Assembly: GCA_019418605.1 (NCBI GenBank)
Contig: DYBN01000054.1
Coordinates: forward strand, 81,350-145,349
Reading direction: 5' to 3'
Source: Sutterella sp.
GTDB lineage: Bacteria > Pseudomonadota > Gammaproteobacteria > Burkholderiales > Burkholderiaceae_F
Length of the DNA: 64,000 nt
Part shown: positions 63,959 to 64,000 of the stretch, piece after piece
How positions within the stretch are numbered: the first letter of the stretch is position 1
Layout: each line of letters opens with the position of its first letter
The notes under the pieces: model-generated
The model's database searches: none
The model's input: the letters and a program-made list of their open reading frames with translations, nothing else
What the model was told of the DNA's origin: nothing
Position numbers and translations under genes: made by a program

Positions 63959-64000
63959 TCACAAGCGGCGCTCCGGGCCTTTTTTCGCCGCTTGCTGCGT

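Noticed and set aside
63883-64000. tRNA-Arg at the window edge as a possible integration hotspot or genomic-island boundary.
   Set aside because: Only 42 nt follow the tRNA. No integrase, direct repeat of the tRNA 3' end or compositional shift is visible, so this cannot be assessed from this window.

Overview
This window is the origin-proximal part of a high-GC chromosome with Betaproteobacteria/Burkholderiales-type synteny: gyrB-dnaN-dnaA (no recF) diverges from rpmH-rnpA-yidD-yidC-mnmE-mnmG-rsmG-parA-parB-atpIBEFHAGDC. The taxon call is an inference from gene order only. Spot counts of single 60-nt lines gave about 62% GC in gltB and 45-52% in mnmG. The left third carries housekeeping and metabolic genes: a MerR regulon, gltBD, a giant FAD/Fe-S dehydrogenase, birA-coaX, and dac-ybeD-lipB-menA-lipA. 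The right end carries hemE, a split flavocytochrome c, a SWIM-SNF2 helicase, priA and tRNA-Arg(CCG). rpmH and the tRNA are not in the ORF track and were found by reading the DNA. Most long ORFs in the track that lie antisense to these genes are high-GC shadow frames.

The main non-genic signals are as follows.
1. Five canonical parS palindromes lie between mnmE and mnmG. The cluster is split by a lower-GC IS-like insertion whose boundaries are inverted, parS-containing repeats.
2. A dispersed family of DnaA-box-like 9-mers in strict ~11-bp helical register occurs at three loci (about 23.95-24.09 kb, 54.77-54.85 kb and 61.49-61.75 kb). The first locus sits next to the most AT-rich stretch I noticed in the window. 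The classical dnaA-rpmH oriC position is poor in consensus boxes.
3. Two apparent pseudo-enzymes are present: a PBP5/6 homologue lacking all three active-site motifs, and a FadH-like flavoprotein lacking the Fe-S cysteines and the second dinucleotide motif.
4. There is a textbook MerR promoter with a 19-bp spacer.

I saw no CRISPR array, rRNA, prophage or recognisable defence island.
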